From assembly GCA_964270895.1 (NCBI GenBank), contig OZ185439.1: a stretch of 64,000 nt of DNA; one strand, 5' to 3'. Origin of the DNA: Podarcis filfolensis. Lineage: Eukaryota. Of this stretch, positions 50,430-62,073 are shown one piece after another (the stretch's first letter is position 1; each line of letters starts with the position of its first letter). The position numbers were made by a program, and so were the translations under genes. The notes beneath the pieces were generated by a model. It saw nothing but the letters and a program-made list of their open reading frames with translations, made no database searches and was not told the origin of the DNA.

Positions 50430-51260
50430 GAGTGCTGTGGACCCGGGCGTACAAACGCCACCGATTTCCCAAATATCTCTCAAGCTCTTCTCCCTCCTCC
50501 CCCCCACGGCCCCCACTTCCACATCAAACAAAAGCAGAATGAAAGGCAATGCGCGGCGAAGTTTCTTGAGGAGACAGGTGTAGGTTGGCAAGGGGGAAAG
50601 GGTATTAACGTAGCCAGCGCCGGCACACAACACCACCACCACCACAGGCAGAGAGCTGGCCCTGCCTGCCTGCCCGCCCAGCCTTCTATCTCCAAGCGAC
50701 CACAGGGGAAGATGCTGCTCCTCCATCCAGGCGGAGAGACGCACACTCACCTCTGGTGGACATGGCTCGGGCGGAGCGAGGGAGAGCCGGCGGCTGCAGG
50801 GAGCGCCAAGACCGAAGAGCAAGCCCCAGATGCCAGCCGGATGCAGCTGGGCAGCATCTCCCCCATGTGCCGCCGGGGAGTGAGAGCAAGAGGGCGGTAC
50901 CTGTCTGCAGCGCGCCCAGGCGAGGCGAGGGAGCGCCAGGGGGAATCACAACAGCCGGCCGCTGCAGCCAATGCGGGCGGCGAGCGGCCGGGGCTGGGCG
51001 GGGCTCGTCCTTGCCGAGCCGGGCGCTGCTGCAGCACCAGCAGAATCTGGCCGAACAATCGCTTTAGCCGCCCGGCGCAGCGCTTCAGTTAGGGGCCTCC
51101 GGCGGGAGGGGAGAGGGAGAAGGCGCTTGGCAGGCAGGCAGGCAGGCCGGCAGGCCTCCCCTGGCCCTCCATGGGCAAGAGGCATGAGAGGCGGGGTGCG
51201 AGCTGTGCAGCTACATGATATGGGGCGGGGGGAGGCCAAAGCTTGTCGGAGCTAAGCCCC
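50430..51260 (-). promoter_or_regulatory. CpG island: promoter and 5' UTR of the ABLIM1 MSTR isoform
   Basis: Sharp rise in GC and CpG content against a CpG-depleted background; GC box GGGGCGGGG near 51221; contains the MSTR exon. Confidence 0.8.
50751..50763 (-). CDS. ABLIM1: Coding part of an alternative first exon of actin-binding LIM protein 1 (MSTR-, phase-1 donor)
   Basis: The minus strand reads gagccATGTCCACCAGAG|gtgagtgt: good Kozak context, strong donor, inside a CpG island. It matches a recalled MSTR-VAHPQD isoform (phase 1 completes the Val codon), and ABLIM1 lies head-to-head with FHIP2A in mammals. Downstream LIM exons are outside the window, so the identity rests on recall plus synteny. 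Confidence 0.7.
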
Positions 51261-51471
51261 CTTTCACTTGGCTTCCAAGGTCCTGCTTTCATGGAGAGGG
51301 GAAGGCTGGCAGGCATGAGTGATATAGAAATAGATTGCCACTCCTATGCAGACAAAAAGCATAGGAGAGTGGCCTTAAAGGAGAAGCTTGCTGAAAAGCT
51401 TGAATGGCTTTGAATGATTTTATAGAAATGTGGTATGCTTTTGCAACTTTTTTGGCTGATAATGCCACAAC

Positions 51472-51520
51472 CTCTCTCTCTCTCTCTCTCCTCCTCCTCC
51501 TCCTCCTCCTCCTCCTCTCT
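51472..51520. repeat. (CT)n-(CCT)n polypyrimidine tract upstream of the ABLIM1 CpG island
   Basis: Direct reading. Confidence 0.9.
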
Positions 51521-53670
51521 AAGTCTCTCTCACACACAATTGTGGAGCAATTTATTCCACAGATGGTGATGTGTCCCACTCCGGGGGTTATGTTATTATT
51601 GATTTATTCTTTGCTAATTTCATAATTAATACTTCTTTCAGCATATCAAAATGCTATTAAAAACACATTTCTTTTAAAATCACCATTCTTTTACAGGATG
51701 AAAACATGTTTGCCTACTCCACCATTCCACCCTTTGACATAGGATGTACACAGACTGTACACTTACTGAATGTTATATGTGAATAATAAGTGTACAGCTC
51801 AGCTATTTGTATACAGAAGTAGATGGATTGTTCACTCAGTATATGGAACATTTGGAGCATACTGCACAGAATTCAGTGGGACTTACATTCCAAGTAAATG
51901 TATGATGAAGAAGAGGAAACTGCACCCTCAGACTTCACTTCTCTGGAGACATCTACTCTCCCCACCTTCTTCTTGCGATGGTTGAACAGCACCCCAAAGA
52001 ATTAGAAGGCAGGGCTGAATAAGTCTGGATATAGTTGCCTTCATACATTGTTTTATTCCTTGACGCAATACAAATCCCACAATGGAAGCTGACTGAGATA
52101 AGACAGTTAATTCTCATTTCACTGAGTGGAGTTCATCTCGTTTAGCAATCTGAATCTTGATAACAGTGGGTTCAAATATTCCTGACATTTTTGTTTGCTG
52201 AAGTCCTCATTAGTTATTAAATATTAGATGTTGCCGTGCATACCTGGGGAACTTGCAAGACACAAGCTCCCCAGAGATGCACAGTGCTGCCCACTCCATG
52301 AAACATGTCTCACTAGCCACACATTGTAGTCCCAACAGGTCTGCTTTTGGTGCCTGCCTGGGACAGAAAAAATTGGGGTTGGCAAGCAGTTGGCAATACA
52401 TGGCTGGTGGATTGCATTCATCTTGAGCAGAGGGATGTGGTTGTTCAGATCAGTATTGTTGCATATCACTTCCCGGCCCCCAAACTGCTGTAGCTGTTCT
52501 AACCAAGAACAGCTTTTTTTCTTTCAGCATGCAACAAATGTATCTGCTCACTAAATAACAAGAACTGCGTACGTAAAAAAGGGTAACTATTTCTGTATGT
52601 CTCTGTAAACTGTCAAGTTGCACAGGTATGTGTATGTTTGCCCACCTAAGAAGGCAAAAGAGGCAGTAGACGCTGGTGTTCTGAAATTTATGTAACTTGC
52701 ACTGCAATGTATATAGCCTCAAGCTTGACATTTCCAATTCAGTCACCTTTATAAATAATCTTTGGCAACCTGTACAATTCAGTCATATTTGCCATATCAT
52801 TTCCTTTGCTACAGTTGCAAATGGTAAAGAATCCTACAGCAGGCATGATGAATTAAACAAGTAATTCTTCTTCTTCGCTCAATTTCTATCCCTTAGGAAC
52901 TAGCCTCAGAAGCTGATCTATTGCTACAATAAAGCAAAGTGGTGTGTGCTCATGCATTAACATTCATTTCAGAGCTAGTTCAGCCCACTCTTCTTCCGCT
53001 TTACATGTTCAATCATTAAACATCTCCATTTGCAACTTTCTCCTTCATGTACTGTGAGAATCAAGGTTTTGCTCAGTCATTGTGATTTGATGGCAGCCTT
53101 TTGCATCCTTAATCATCATGCTATTTCCAGTACACTTCTCTCTACATTATTATCATGGGTTTCCCCCCTGTGATGCTAATATGCTGACATTTAGAAAGAA
53201 ATTGCAGGAAGAAGTATATATACATGGAAACTTTGTGGCCATGGGAGGGGAGTTAATTCCTATCTGTAAAATATAAATTGTCATAGCTTACCTCATAGAG
53301 CTGTTTGGTGAAATATCTCAGAAGCACTGCATACAAGTCTCATAATAATTTGGATTTTGCTTCCATGAAATAGCATTCCAAAATGTACTGAAAAATAGGA
53401 AAGCATTGTAGTACCACATAAACAGGGTGAAAAAATATTCACTAACAAAAATTACACACAAGGCAATTAATTTAGTGCTTATTGAAAAGTGTTTAACTAC
53501 AAAGAATGTTAAGGTTCTGACTCTATCCATCCTAAATGCTATACGTAGTGTACAAATAAACAAACCAAAACGTGGCTTCTCCAGCCTTAGTAACAGAGCT
53601 TGCAGGGCTAAGTTCAAAGCCCGTCTTGGGCAATGGCAACTATATTACTAAATATTTTATTCCTGCCAAT

Positions 53671-53822
53671 GCTTGAATTAGCTCAGTCGGTAGAGCATGA
53701 GATTCTTAATCTCAGGGTTGTGGGTTTGAGCCCCATGTTGGGTGAAATATTCCTGCATTGCACGGGGTTGGACTAGAAGATCTTTGTGGTCCCTTCCAAC
53801 TCTATGCTTCTACATTTCTATG
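53671..53822 (+). mobile_element. tRNA-Lys(CTT)-headed SINE with CR1-type tail (POM/Squam2-like)
   Basis: Head TAGCTCAGTCGGTAGAGCATGAGATTCTTAATCTCAGGGTTGTGGGTTTGAGCCCCATGTTGGG closely follows tRNA-Lys-CTT; then TATTCCTGCATTGCA..GGTTGGACTAGA..CCCTTCCAACTCTA tail. Confidence 0.88.
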
Positions 53823-54275
53823 GCAGCAAAGATAGGCGACGATAAAATCCAAGAAGTCCCATCCTGATTCCTTACCCCATTTTATCCAAATCATGCCACA
53901 CATAGGCTTTAAAAGCATAATCACATGATGCTAATCACAGAAGGTAAAGCCCCCTCTGGCCCACATCAGTAATCTGAGCTCTGATTCCTGACCTTGAAAG
54001 AGGTCTACTGGCGTGAGACAATGTCAACATATCTCATCTATCAATCCGCTTTTGTAAAGTACTTATCACTGGGATGGTTCACTGACAAGGATTAGAAAGC
54101 AACAATGCTGCCCGTGGATACTCTTTAAAATCTACTTAGGTTGTAAATTTTACATTTTCATTAGACTGAGAGCAGAGCGCGCTAGGCTTTAAACAGAAAA
54201 GTAACTCACTAATATGAACTAACCAAGTAGAATGTATGCATATTACAAGTCTCAGCTCCTATCTGTTTATAGAAG

Positions 54276-54512
54276 TAGAGTGGTACCTCGGTTTCCAAAC
54301 ATAATCCGTTCCGGAAGACCGTTCAACTTTGAAACGTTTGAAAACCAAGGTGCAAAGGGCGGGCTGCAGGAAACTGAAAAAAATAACATGTATACACAGT
54401 GGAAGCCATTTGACTTCCGAGGCATGTTCGAAGCATTTACTTCTGGGTTTTCGGTATTCGAAAACTGAAATGTTTGGCTTCCAGGACATTCAAAAACTGA
54501 GGTACCACTGTA
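54276..54512. mobile_element. Tigger-like MITE, third internal type
   Basis: TA|GAGTGGTACCTCGGTTT ... AAACTGAGGTACCACTG|TA with TA duplication. Confidence 0.85.
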
Positions 54513-57500
54513 GTTAAGAAGTTATAATGTCCTAGTTTGGAGGAGAGCAAGCCCAACAGTATTTCAGCTGCATTTCCTGAGATGTCAAATCAACCACAGC
54601 TATCTGGGCTGGTCAAAACTAGGCAGACTGAGGTGGTCATCTCATGTGGCAGGTGCTGGGAGTTGAGGAACAGTAGCAAAGTGTTGGAAGGCACCAAGTG
54701 TGTCATGTGTCCTGCATTGTGCTCCCTAAGCTAGCCTACTGCCCTCAGGTGTAGTGGAAGGCACTGTCCCATCACTAGTGTTGAAATATGATTCAACTGC
54801 CAATCCATCGGGCTTTTGCCTTAAGATAGCCAAGAATCTTGGAGCACCCCTGATTTCTACTTACAACTGTAAATACAATTTTACTGCTAATTAAATATTA
54901 TTAATACATACCTATATTAGCTTGCAGTCACAATTACAGTGGAACTGGATTTAGTGAATCTTCTCAGAGCATTTAACAGAGCATACATGGTGTCTTCTCA
55001 CTTTCTTTTATCTCATTCAAGCCAAGGATTGTTGTATTCCGAAGTGGTTGCATCCAGAAGCAGAATGCATGAGCGAAAGCAGGAACAAGTCCTTTTGGAC
55101 TGCTGCAAAGTGTCATGCAGATAGAACAACAGTATTATACTTGGTATTGGCATGCTTGTCTAAGGGCTTATCTGGGAAAGAAGGGCAAATCATTGCATTA
55201 TTACAGGAGGGTGGGAATATTAACAGAACAATCAAACCCCCAATTCACCACACCAGAGGGTGGTTGCAGTGGAGGTTTCCTTCCACCTGGCTCAGATGGC
55301 ATTTCTATGGCCAGGGGAGAAGCAGTTGAACTGGGCTGGCCAAGGTTTCACTGTATCCTAAGTTGGTCAAGCTACCGGCAATGGGCCTGATCCAGGCCTC
55401 TCTACTGTGCCAGCATGCAGCTAACACAGCAAAATTTGGAGGGTGAAACTACACTCCCCACTTCCCACCTTGGCCAGCATGAGCAGCAGAGCTTCAACTT
55501 TTGCAAGACACAACATCTAGCCTCCCCGTAGACAAATCAGAATGAATGTTGCCAGAAAGCAATCGTACTCCTCATTGAGACAGCCACTACAAATAGACAC
55601 AACTTTTTAATTTTGAAGATGAATAAATATCATACTAGTTCTGTAGTGGGAAAGTCCTCATTTCTCGTAATTGCCATTACTTTTCATGAAGCATATGGTT
55701 GCCTTTTCTAACCATCTGTGCCTTCATTCTCCATTAGGTTAACCACAGGCAACAATTGTATTTGATTTCCAATGTTACAGGGAAGCACCACCAGATGGAC
55801 ACAGAGGTCACCTGCACAGCCAGTTGGTGGCACTTCCAGGAATGTGGGGAATTATTCTTATTCTCCCTCTGTCTGGTAAGGCTGCATTATTTAATACTAC
55901 CAGGGCAGGGGGGAAGCTTGAATATATCTTCTTTAATCATTTTGATACTAACTGGTTTTCTTTTTAATCTTCAGAAATTACATCTTTAGTCCAATACTAA
56001 CAAAAGTTTGCTAATAACGACAGGCTACCGACAGGAGGAAAAACAAATAAGGATGGAGGATTGAGGGGGTTTTAAAGGGGAAAAGGTTGCTTAGCATTCC
56101 CTTGCAAATAGCCAGCATTTTTGAAAGGGGACAAATCCCAAGCTCTTCTCGCGTGTTGCCATCTGGCAATTGCATAACTGGGATAAACCCCTTTAATATG
56201 TGTGTGTGTGTGAGAGAGAATTATGCATGAGACTTGGAACATTTTCTCTGGGCTCTGTCATTTCCCCTGAGTGGAAGCAGCAGAAATTGGCTGCTACTGC
56301 TGCTCTTCGCTCCGCTCACTTTTGCAGCCCCACACCTCCCTCCAGTTGCCTATGTGCACTCATAAATGCTCCTCCTCTTAAGCCCAGCTCTTTTTCTTCC
56401 TCTGCACTTCCTCCCACCACTGAGCAATGGGGGTTAATTTGGAGATGAGGGCAGACTCCCCATGCCCCCCCCCAAGTATTTGTAATAATTTGCAACTGAC
56501 TCCTGCAAGGCCAAAGATTGCAAGCTGCATGCATAATTGTCTTCAAGCCCTCCCCTGCTACTGTACATGGGAGTTATCAGGAAAACCTGGAGACCTCAGG
56601 TCCATCCTGAGGTGTCTGGCAACTCTAGTCCAATAGCATCTGAAGGTCCACAGCTTCCCTGCCCATTCTAAAGGTTCTGATGCAACAGTCCTGATCCTAT
56701 GAGAACCCTACTAGCCCAGGCATACTATCTATGCTACAGTATCTGACATGGACCAGTGAATGAATAGCTGGGAGCAGCTAACACTATAGCATTATAGAAG
56801 TTAATTGGAAATGTACTTAATCAGTGTGTGCTCAGAATCCTATATAACCACCTCTGAACTTTCCAAAGTAGAATGAGATATAAGTAAAATACATGGGGTT
56901 GGGTTTTTTGTTTGCAAATAATTGCATTTGGCCAAATTCCCCACATTATTTTGGGTAGAAAGCTGGTTAACAGCAGGTCAATACTGTCTCATAGATCTTG
57001 CAAAACTGGGAGAGTGCTTATCAGTGACTCTTCATCAAGGTGGAGGGAGGTTTTGACTCGGGAGCTGTAGAACTCTGTTGTGCATGTAGTACCCTTTATT
57101 TATAAATGACCAAGGGGCAAACTAGATGTAATATTATTCATGTCTTTAGCCCTTGTGTGGATGATTTTTATTTATTTTATACTAAATTGCTAGCAAAGGG
57201 ATTGTGGCATTAGAGGTGGGAGTTTTACCCCTTTACCTTAGGTACAGCAATGCTCTTGAAAGGCATGTTGACACTTCTGCCTGCAGCTTTAGCCGTTAAT
57301 TCATTAAAAAATATCAACTGCTGATCATTAGAAGAATTAGACATAGCTAACTTCTCCAGGTATTTTATGGGTTGGAAAGAAGTTACATGTGGGGTTGACT
57401 AGGACAACATGTCCAGTGGGCAATTTGCACAATCATGAGTGTAGCAACTGATAATGCCAGTTAAATATTGTCTCCCATTATTATGGGTTGGAGCTAAGAC

Positions 57501-57733
57501 TCTGTTCTTTAGTGAGTCCTTGAGGTTACTTCCCATTTTCTATGTAGTCTGTTAGTTGTGTGTTTGGACCTACAAAACCTTGTATTATACTAAATGATGA
57601 CTTAACAATAAGCCTAAATAGATTCTCTATTACTTCCTCCAAAATGTCCTCTATTGCTGTCTCAAGACAGGTACATACAGGTATTAAGCCAATTAGGGAG
57701 GTTAGTTGGAGCCCACTTTAAAAAGTGTGAATA

Positions 57734-57749
57734 TGCTGCCATCTGCTGG
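57734..57749 (-). promoter_or_regulatory. CTCF motif, full consensus match
   Basis: Minus strand CCAGCAGATGGCAGCA fits CCASYAGRKGGCRS at every position. Confidence 0.65.
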
Positions 57750-57877
57750 GCACATAAAGGATTTCCCCCCATAAGTCATTGAGGTCCCTCTTAATTAGAT
57801 TGCTTCACGTTGCAAAGAATTGATGTTTCTTCTGCCTACAAGTGCACATCTTTTATAATCTCACAACTAGAGGAAAC

Positions 57878-57956
57878 CTGCTGCGGCTGCTATTGTGGTG
57901 GTGGTGGTGTTTGTGGTGGTGGTGTTGTTGTTGCTGCTGCTGCTGTTGTTGTTGTT
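57878..57956. repeat. Mosaic trinucleotide repeat (TGG/TGT/TGC)
   Basis: Direct reading. Confidence 0.9.
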
Positions 57957-58467
57957 CACCCACCCCTCACCCCAAGGACTCTGGGCAGGCTACAACATTA
58001 AAACACAATATTAAAAACTTACAGAAATAAGGTGGTTCCTAAATATATACACCTCAAGTGTCAGCTAGATTGCCATTTGCAGCCAACTGAGCATTTAACA
58101 TACAATGCTAATTTGTTTCTAAATGTATTGATATGTTATCCATTGTTCCTGCCTTAACTATAGCGTCTAAAATTTAAGGATGTGTTTCCATGAGAACTAA
58201 AATAAGCTCCTTTATACTTTTGCCTCTGATGAGCAATTTGAGGCCTGTTAACAGACTAGTCAGCCACACCAGTACATTAATTTTTGGCAGCGTATTCTCC
58301 TTCATTTCTGGTTGTTCTTTTGGGCATGTACTTTGTTTTCATTTTATGGGACTACCTACGCAATTTACAGAAAGAAAAATGTCAAACTGGCACTACGACA
58401 AATGATGGTCTAATTTAATAAGCCATTGAAATTAACCATAAAATTATTCCTGTATCTTATGGTTTGA

Positions 58468-58480
58468 TGCCCTCTTCTGG
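58468..58480 (-). promoter_or_regulatory. CTCF-like motif, one mismatch
   Basis: Minus strand CCAGAAGAGGGCA. Confidence 0.4.
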
Positions 58481-59094
58481 TGGAAATCCATCTACTATTT
58501 CCAATATTCTCATTTAATGTGGATGCTGTTGTAAGGTAAGTTACCAGAAAACAAAAATGATAAATAATATTAGTTTGCTGCTGTTCTTAACCTTTGGTTA
58601 AAAGGTCTTCCTTAATTTTACCTTTGATTTATTGCTTTTCTTTGTCAGATTACGGCTAGCCACCTTGATTGCCATCATAGAAGAGACACGAATGTGAGAA
58701 CTGCACAAATTGAGATTTGGCAGAAAATATTTTTGGAAAAGTTAAACAAAGAATAGCAATAACAATGGACAAATCCTAACAGATTGTTGGTCTGAAAGTA
58801 TTCCTTGCACATTGCCTGAGTTGCTGTGATGTCACAGAAGTCTGGTGACTAGAGTTCCATTTTCCATTTCAGAAGCAAGTACAAAATCTAAGAATGCTAA
58901 TTTTATCCAAGCAGAAAAAGTTTACAAATCCAATTTTGTTTTGTATTCAGACACCCAAGTGTCAGTCTGTTTGGAGATGGGATATGAGCAGAAGAATAGA
59001 GAGACATAAACAGGACACTTATGAATCCACCTCTATAAAAGTGGGTTATATGTAACAGGTTATAGCTAATTTCAATACAGTATAATAAAATAAT

Positions 59095-59356
59095 AATAAC
59101 TTTTTATTTATACCTCACCCTCCCCGGCCAGAACTGGGCTCAGGGCGGCTAACACCAATAAAATTACAGTAAAACATAATGTGGGGGGACAGTTAATTAA
59201 AATACGGGTTAAAATACAATTTAAAATGCAGCCTCATTTTAATAGTAGCCCATAAATCAAAACCATAAGGGGAGGGAAACATAAGGATCAGACTGTGTCC
59301 AAACCAAGACCAGGCAGAACTTGCAGGCCCTGCGGAAAGATGTCAAGTCCCGCAGT
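59095..59356 (-). mobile_element. L2-type LINE 3' fragment
   Basis: TTTATTTATACCTCACCCTCCCC ... CAGGGCGGCTAAC tail plus upstream GCAGGCCCTGCGGAAAG. Confidence 0.65.
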
Positions 59357-60329
59357 ATAGTACAGTATAGCATATTACTGCAAACTAGTAGACAGTGCTA
59401 TACCCAGAATTTTGGCAAAAGTATTTTACACGGATAAGAGTACCTGATGACTAGTATTGCACTCCAGAGTGTTCTGTTTTATAGTTTGCAGAGTGGACTG
59501 GGAGGAGTGGCAGCAACAGTTTAATAATAATATTGTGCTCAATGGTTCTGGTCCCTATATAGCCTTCATATTCAAGGCTTATTCTCAAAATACCATTTTC
59601 ATTCTGAGGATTGCACCCAAAAGTCACTCCCATGATTAAAAGTGCAATATTGGAAGGATTTATGCCTTTCTTGTTCATTAGATGGGCATGCTGAGCCACA
59701 TCCTTGGACAAGTCCGGTAATGAGTCCTGCGGATATGATGCTTTTCATCACAAGAGTGAGTTGCAGGTGCACTCCACAGAATGATGAAGTGTGACAATGA
59801 ACACTGGCCTCAGGGTCTCTGCTTCCCAGCATTTAGGGAATAATTGAATCCTAAGAGTGAAAGAACAAAAAGTTATATACAACCCCCACATCCCAAGGCA
59901 GTATCCCCCTCCACATATCAGATCTGTACAGATTAACTAATCCCTGTGACAATAAATCACAAGCAGAGAGTAGGAGGGAATTAAGTGTGCCACACTAAGG
60001 GGCATTCAGAGCAAATGACTGAAGCAAATGATCATCTGCTTCTCCAGTGTTTATCTCACATCATGCCATTCATTCCCCTTCACAATCTAGTTTTCAGGAT
60101 TGAAAATTATTATTCTTTTGACTAGTTGGTTGGCTGGTGTAGAATTTGTGCTTCATATGCCACCTGCTAACAAAATGTTGTCTGGGTGGATAACAGGATT
60201 AAATAACTTTAAAAAAAAAAGGAAAAGAAAACACAACTCAGAATTTAAACACTAGATAGAATCAAAACATTTAAGGGGGGGGACCCTACAGCTAACATAT
60301 TTGCTTATTTGGAAATAATATTTTAAAAC

Positions 60330-60950
60330 CACCATACAATTAAATAATTAAAGCCTAAAATTATAAGATCATAAAACACAGGACAAATGACCAAATGAAT
60401 CAAATTCTATAAAAATCCTTGGCAAAACAAAAATGTTTTCAATGGAAGGTAAGATATCAGAATTGCAGCGATCTCTCTGTTGAGGGTGTTAGCAACACTA
60501 CTGAGAAGGCCCTTTCTGTCACATAATCACCTATTGTACCTCACTTGACGGGACATTCAAAGAAGGACCTTAGATCAAGTTAATAGCATCTGAGAAGTCA
60601 CATGTGGGAAAGACAATCATTCAGGTACAAAGGACCAATGCGGTAAAAGGCCTTAAAAATCAACACCAGTACTTTGAATTGGACCTCGAAACAGAGCAAA
60701 AGCCATTAACAAAGAAAATAGTGCAACAGCCCATCTAAGTTAGCAATATTGCAGTCATATTTTGTACCAACCAAAGTTTCTGGGCCATTTTTAAAGGTAC
60801 CCTCATAAAAAAGTGTTACAGTAATCTAAATGGGAGACTATCAGGACACCTATCACTGAAATAAGACTATTGCTCCCCAAGTAAGAACTGGTATACCTAG
60901 GCTGGAAGAAGGTTTCTGAGACAGAGTGGCAAACTGTGCCTCTAGTGACA
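60330..60950 (-). mobile_element. Old L2 LINE 3' coding/UTR fragment
   Basis: TAAAAATCAACACCAGTACTTTGAATTGGACCTCGAAAC and TTACAGTAATCTAAATGGGAG resemble the reverse strand of the squamate L2 RT C-terminus; no open frame remains. Confidence 0.6.
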
Positions 60951-61760
60951 ACGATGGGCCAATGAATATCCCTGTCTTCAGTGTGTTTCTAGTGTGATTT
61001 TTTAAACGACATTTTTATATAATATAAAACACTAATTTGTCCCCCTGAGACCTTGGGAACATAAACACAAATAAATGTTCACACTAAAGATAAGGGGAGC
61101 AAAATCAATAATGTTTGAAAAATGGCAGTGTTCTCATGCTAAGGTAATGCAATCATGACAGGCCTTTTACTTCTCTCCTTTTCCAACCCTGGAATGTACA
61201 TCTTGACTGAAGGATCTGGATTTCCCCTATGCAATGTGAGGTAGTCTCCAGCTTTATAAGTTCCCAAGTGTGCCTTCCCTACTCTCCACATTACCAATGC
61301 AGCACCACCTACTTCAGAGATAGCTGTTGGAGTAATCCTTGTCCATTGACCAAGCAAGCTGGGGCTGCTGGGAAATGGAGGACAACGATATACGGAGGGC
61401 CACAGGTTATCCATATCTGACCTATGTGATAGCATCACCTGGTCACAATTTTGACTAAGGCAACATTTGGAAGCAAATTTAGCTCACTTCCTTCCCTCAC
61501 TGGTTTGTTTTCCAGTCCTCAATGGCAGACTCCCCTTTTGGGAAATCCTAGGATAATTCTTCCTCAGGGACATCCTATGGACACAACCCTCATGTTGAAG
61601 ATTTTTTTCATTACCTACACTTTGTGAGCTATGGAAGCTTGAATGGCAAATAAATCTTCTTTGACACAGCAATCACACTAATACACTTAGAAGACTGCAG
61701 TGTAGCAAATGCAAAACTGAAAGCTGAGTGTTTCTCTGGCACTTTGCCTTTTAAATTCAG

Positions 61761-61818
61761 AGTGGGTAGTTGGTTCTTGAGAGGAATTCAGTGGGTAGCT
61801 GGTTCTTGAAAGGAGTTC
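61761..61818. repeat. 29-bp tandem duplication
   Basis: AGTGGGTAGTTGGTTCTTGAGAGGAATTC followed by AGTGGGTAGCTGGTTCTTGAAAGGAGTTC (3 mismatches). Confidence 0.9.
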
Positions 61819-61906
61819 ACTAAGCATGCTTTGATTCTTTCTTATCCACCTGGAAGTGCAAAACTGAGCAAAGATTAATCAAGTATTTCAATTATATTGT
61901 AATATT

Positions 61907-62073
61907 GCCAGTGTGGTGTAGTGGTTAGTGTTGGATTAGGACCTTGGAGACCAGGGTTCAAATACCCACTCAGCCATGAAGCCGGCCAGTCACTAACTCT
62001 CAGTCTAACCTACCTCATAGGGCTGTTGTGAAAATAAGATGGAGGGAAGAAAACTATGTACACCACCTTCAGC
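61907..62073 (+). mobile_element. MIR/Ther1-derived squamate SINE (Squam3-like)
   Basis: GCCAGTGTGGTGTAGTGGTTAG head, AGGGTTCAAAT B-box, CTAACCTACCTCATAGGGCTGTTGTG CORE-like body. Confidence 0.8.

Larger units (their letters stand above)
1..50750 (-). other. ABLIM1: Inferred large first intron of ABLIM1 (repeat-rich, no recognised coding exon)
   Basis: Lies downstream of the 50750 donor on the minus strand. No LIM-domain (CxxC..HxxC) coding segment was recognised; content is mostly TE relics and AT-rich unique DNA. Confidence 0.6.

Noticed and set aside
50661-51147. (CCTG)n and (CAGG)n tracts in inverted orientation around the ABLIM1 first exon
   Set aside because: Only 3-4 units each, too short to argue for pairing or MBNL/CNBP binding.
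50686-51255. Several overlapping 75-126 aa ORFs in the ABLIM1 CpG island
   Set aside because: Low-complexity Ala/Gly/Arg/Pro products on both strands, expected from stop-poor GC-rich DNA. Only the 13-nt MSTR exon has Kozak plus donor support.
53671-53745. tRNA-Lys-like sequence as a real tRNA gene
   Set aside because: Mutated acceptor stem, anticodon arm and T-loop, and it runs straight into a SINE tail. The same applies to the Ile- and Ala-like heads.
57878-57956. Minus-strand polyGln/polyHis-like reading of the mosaic trinucleotide repeat
   Set aside because: In-frame TGA a few codons upstream, with no start codon or acceptor; treated as a microsatellite.
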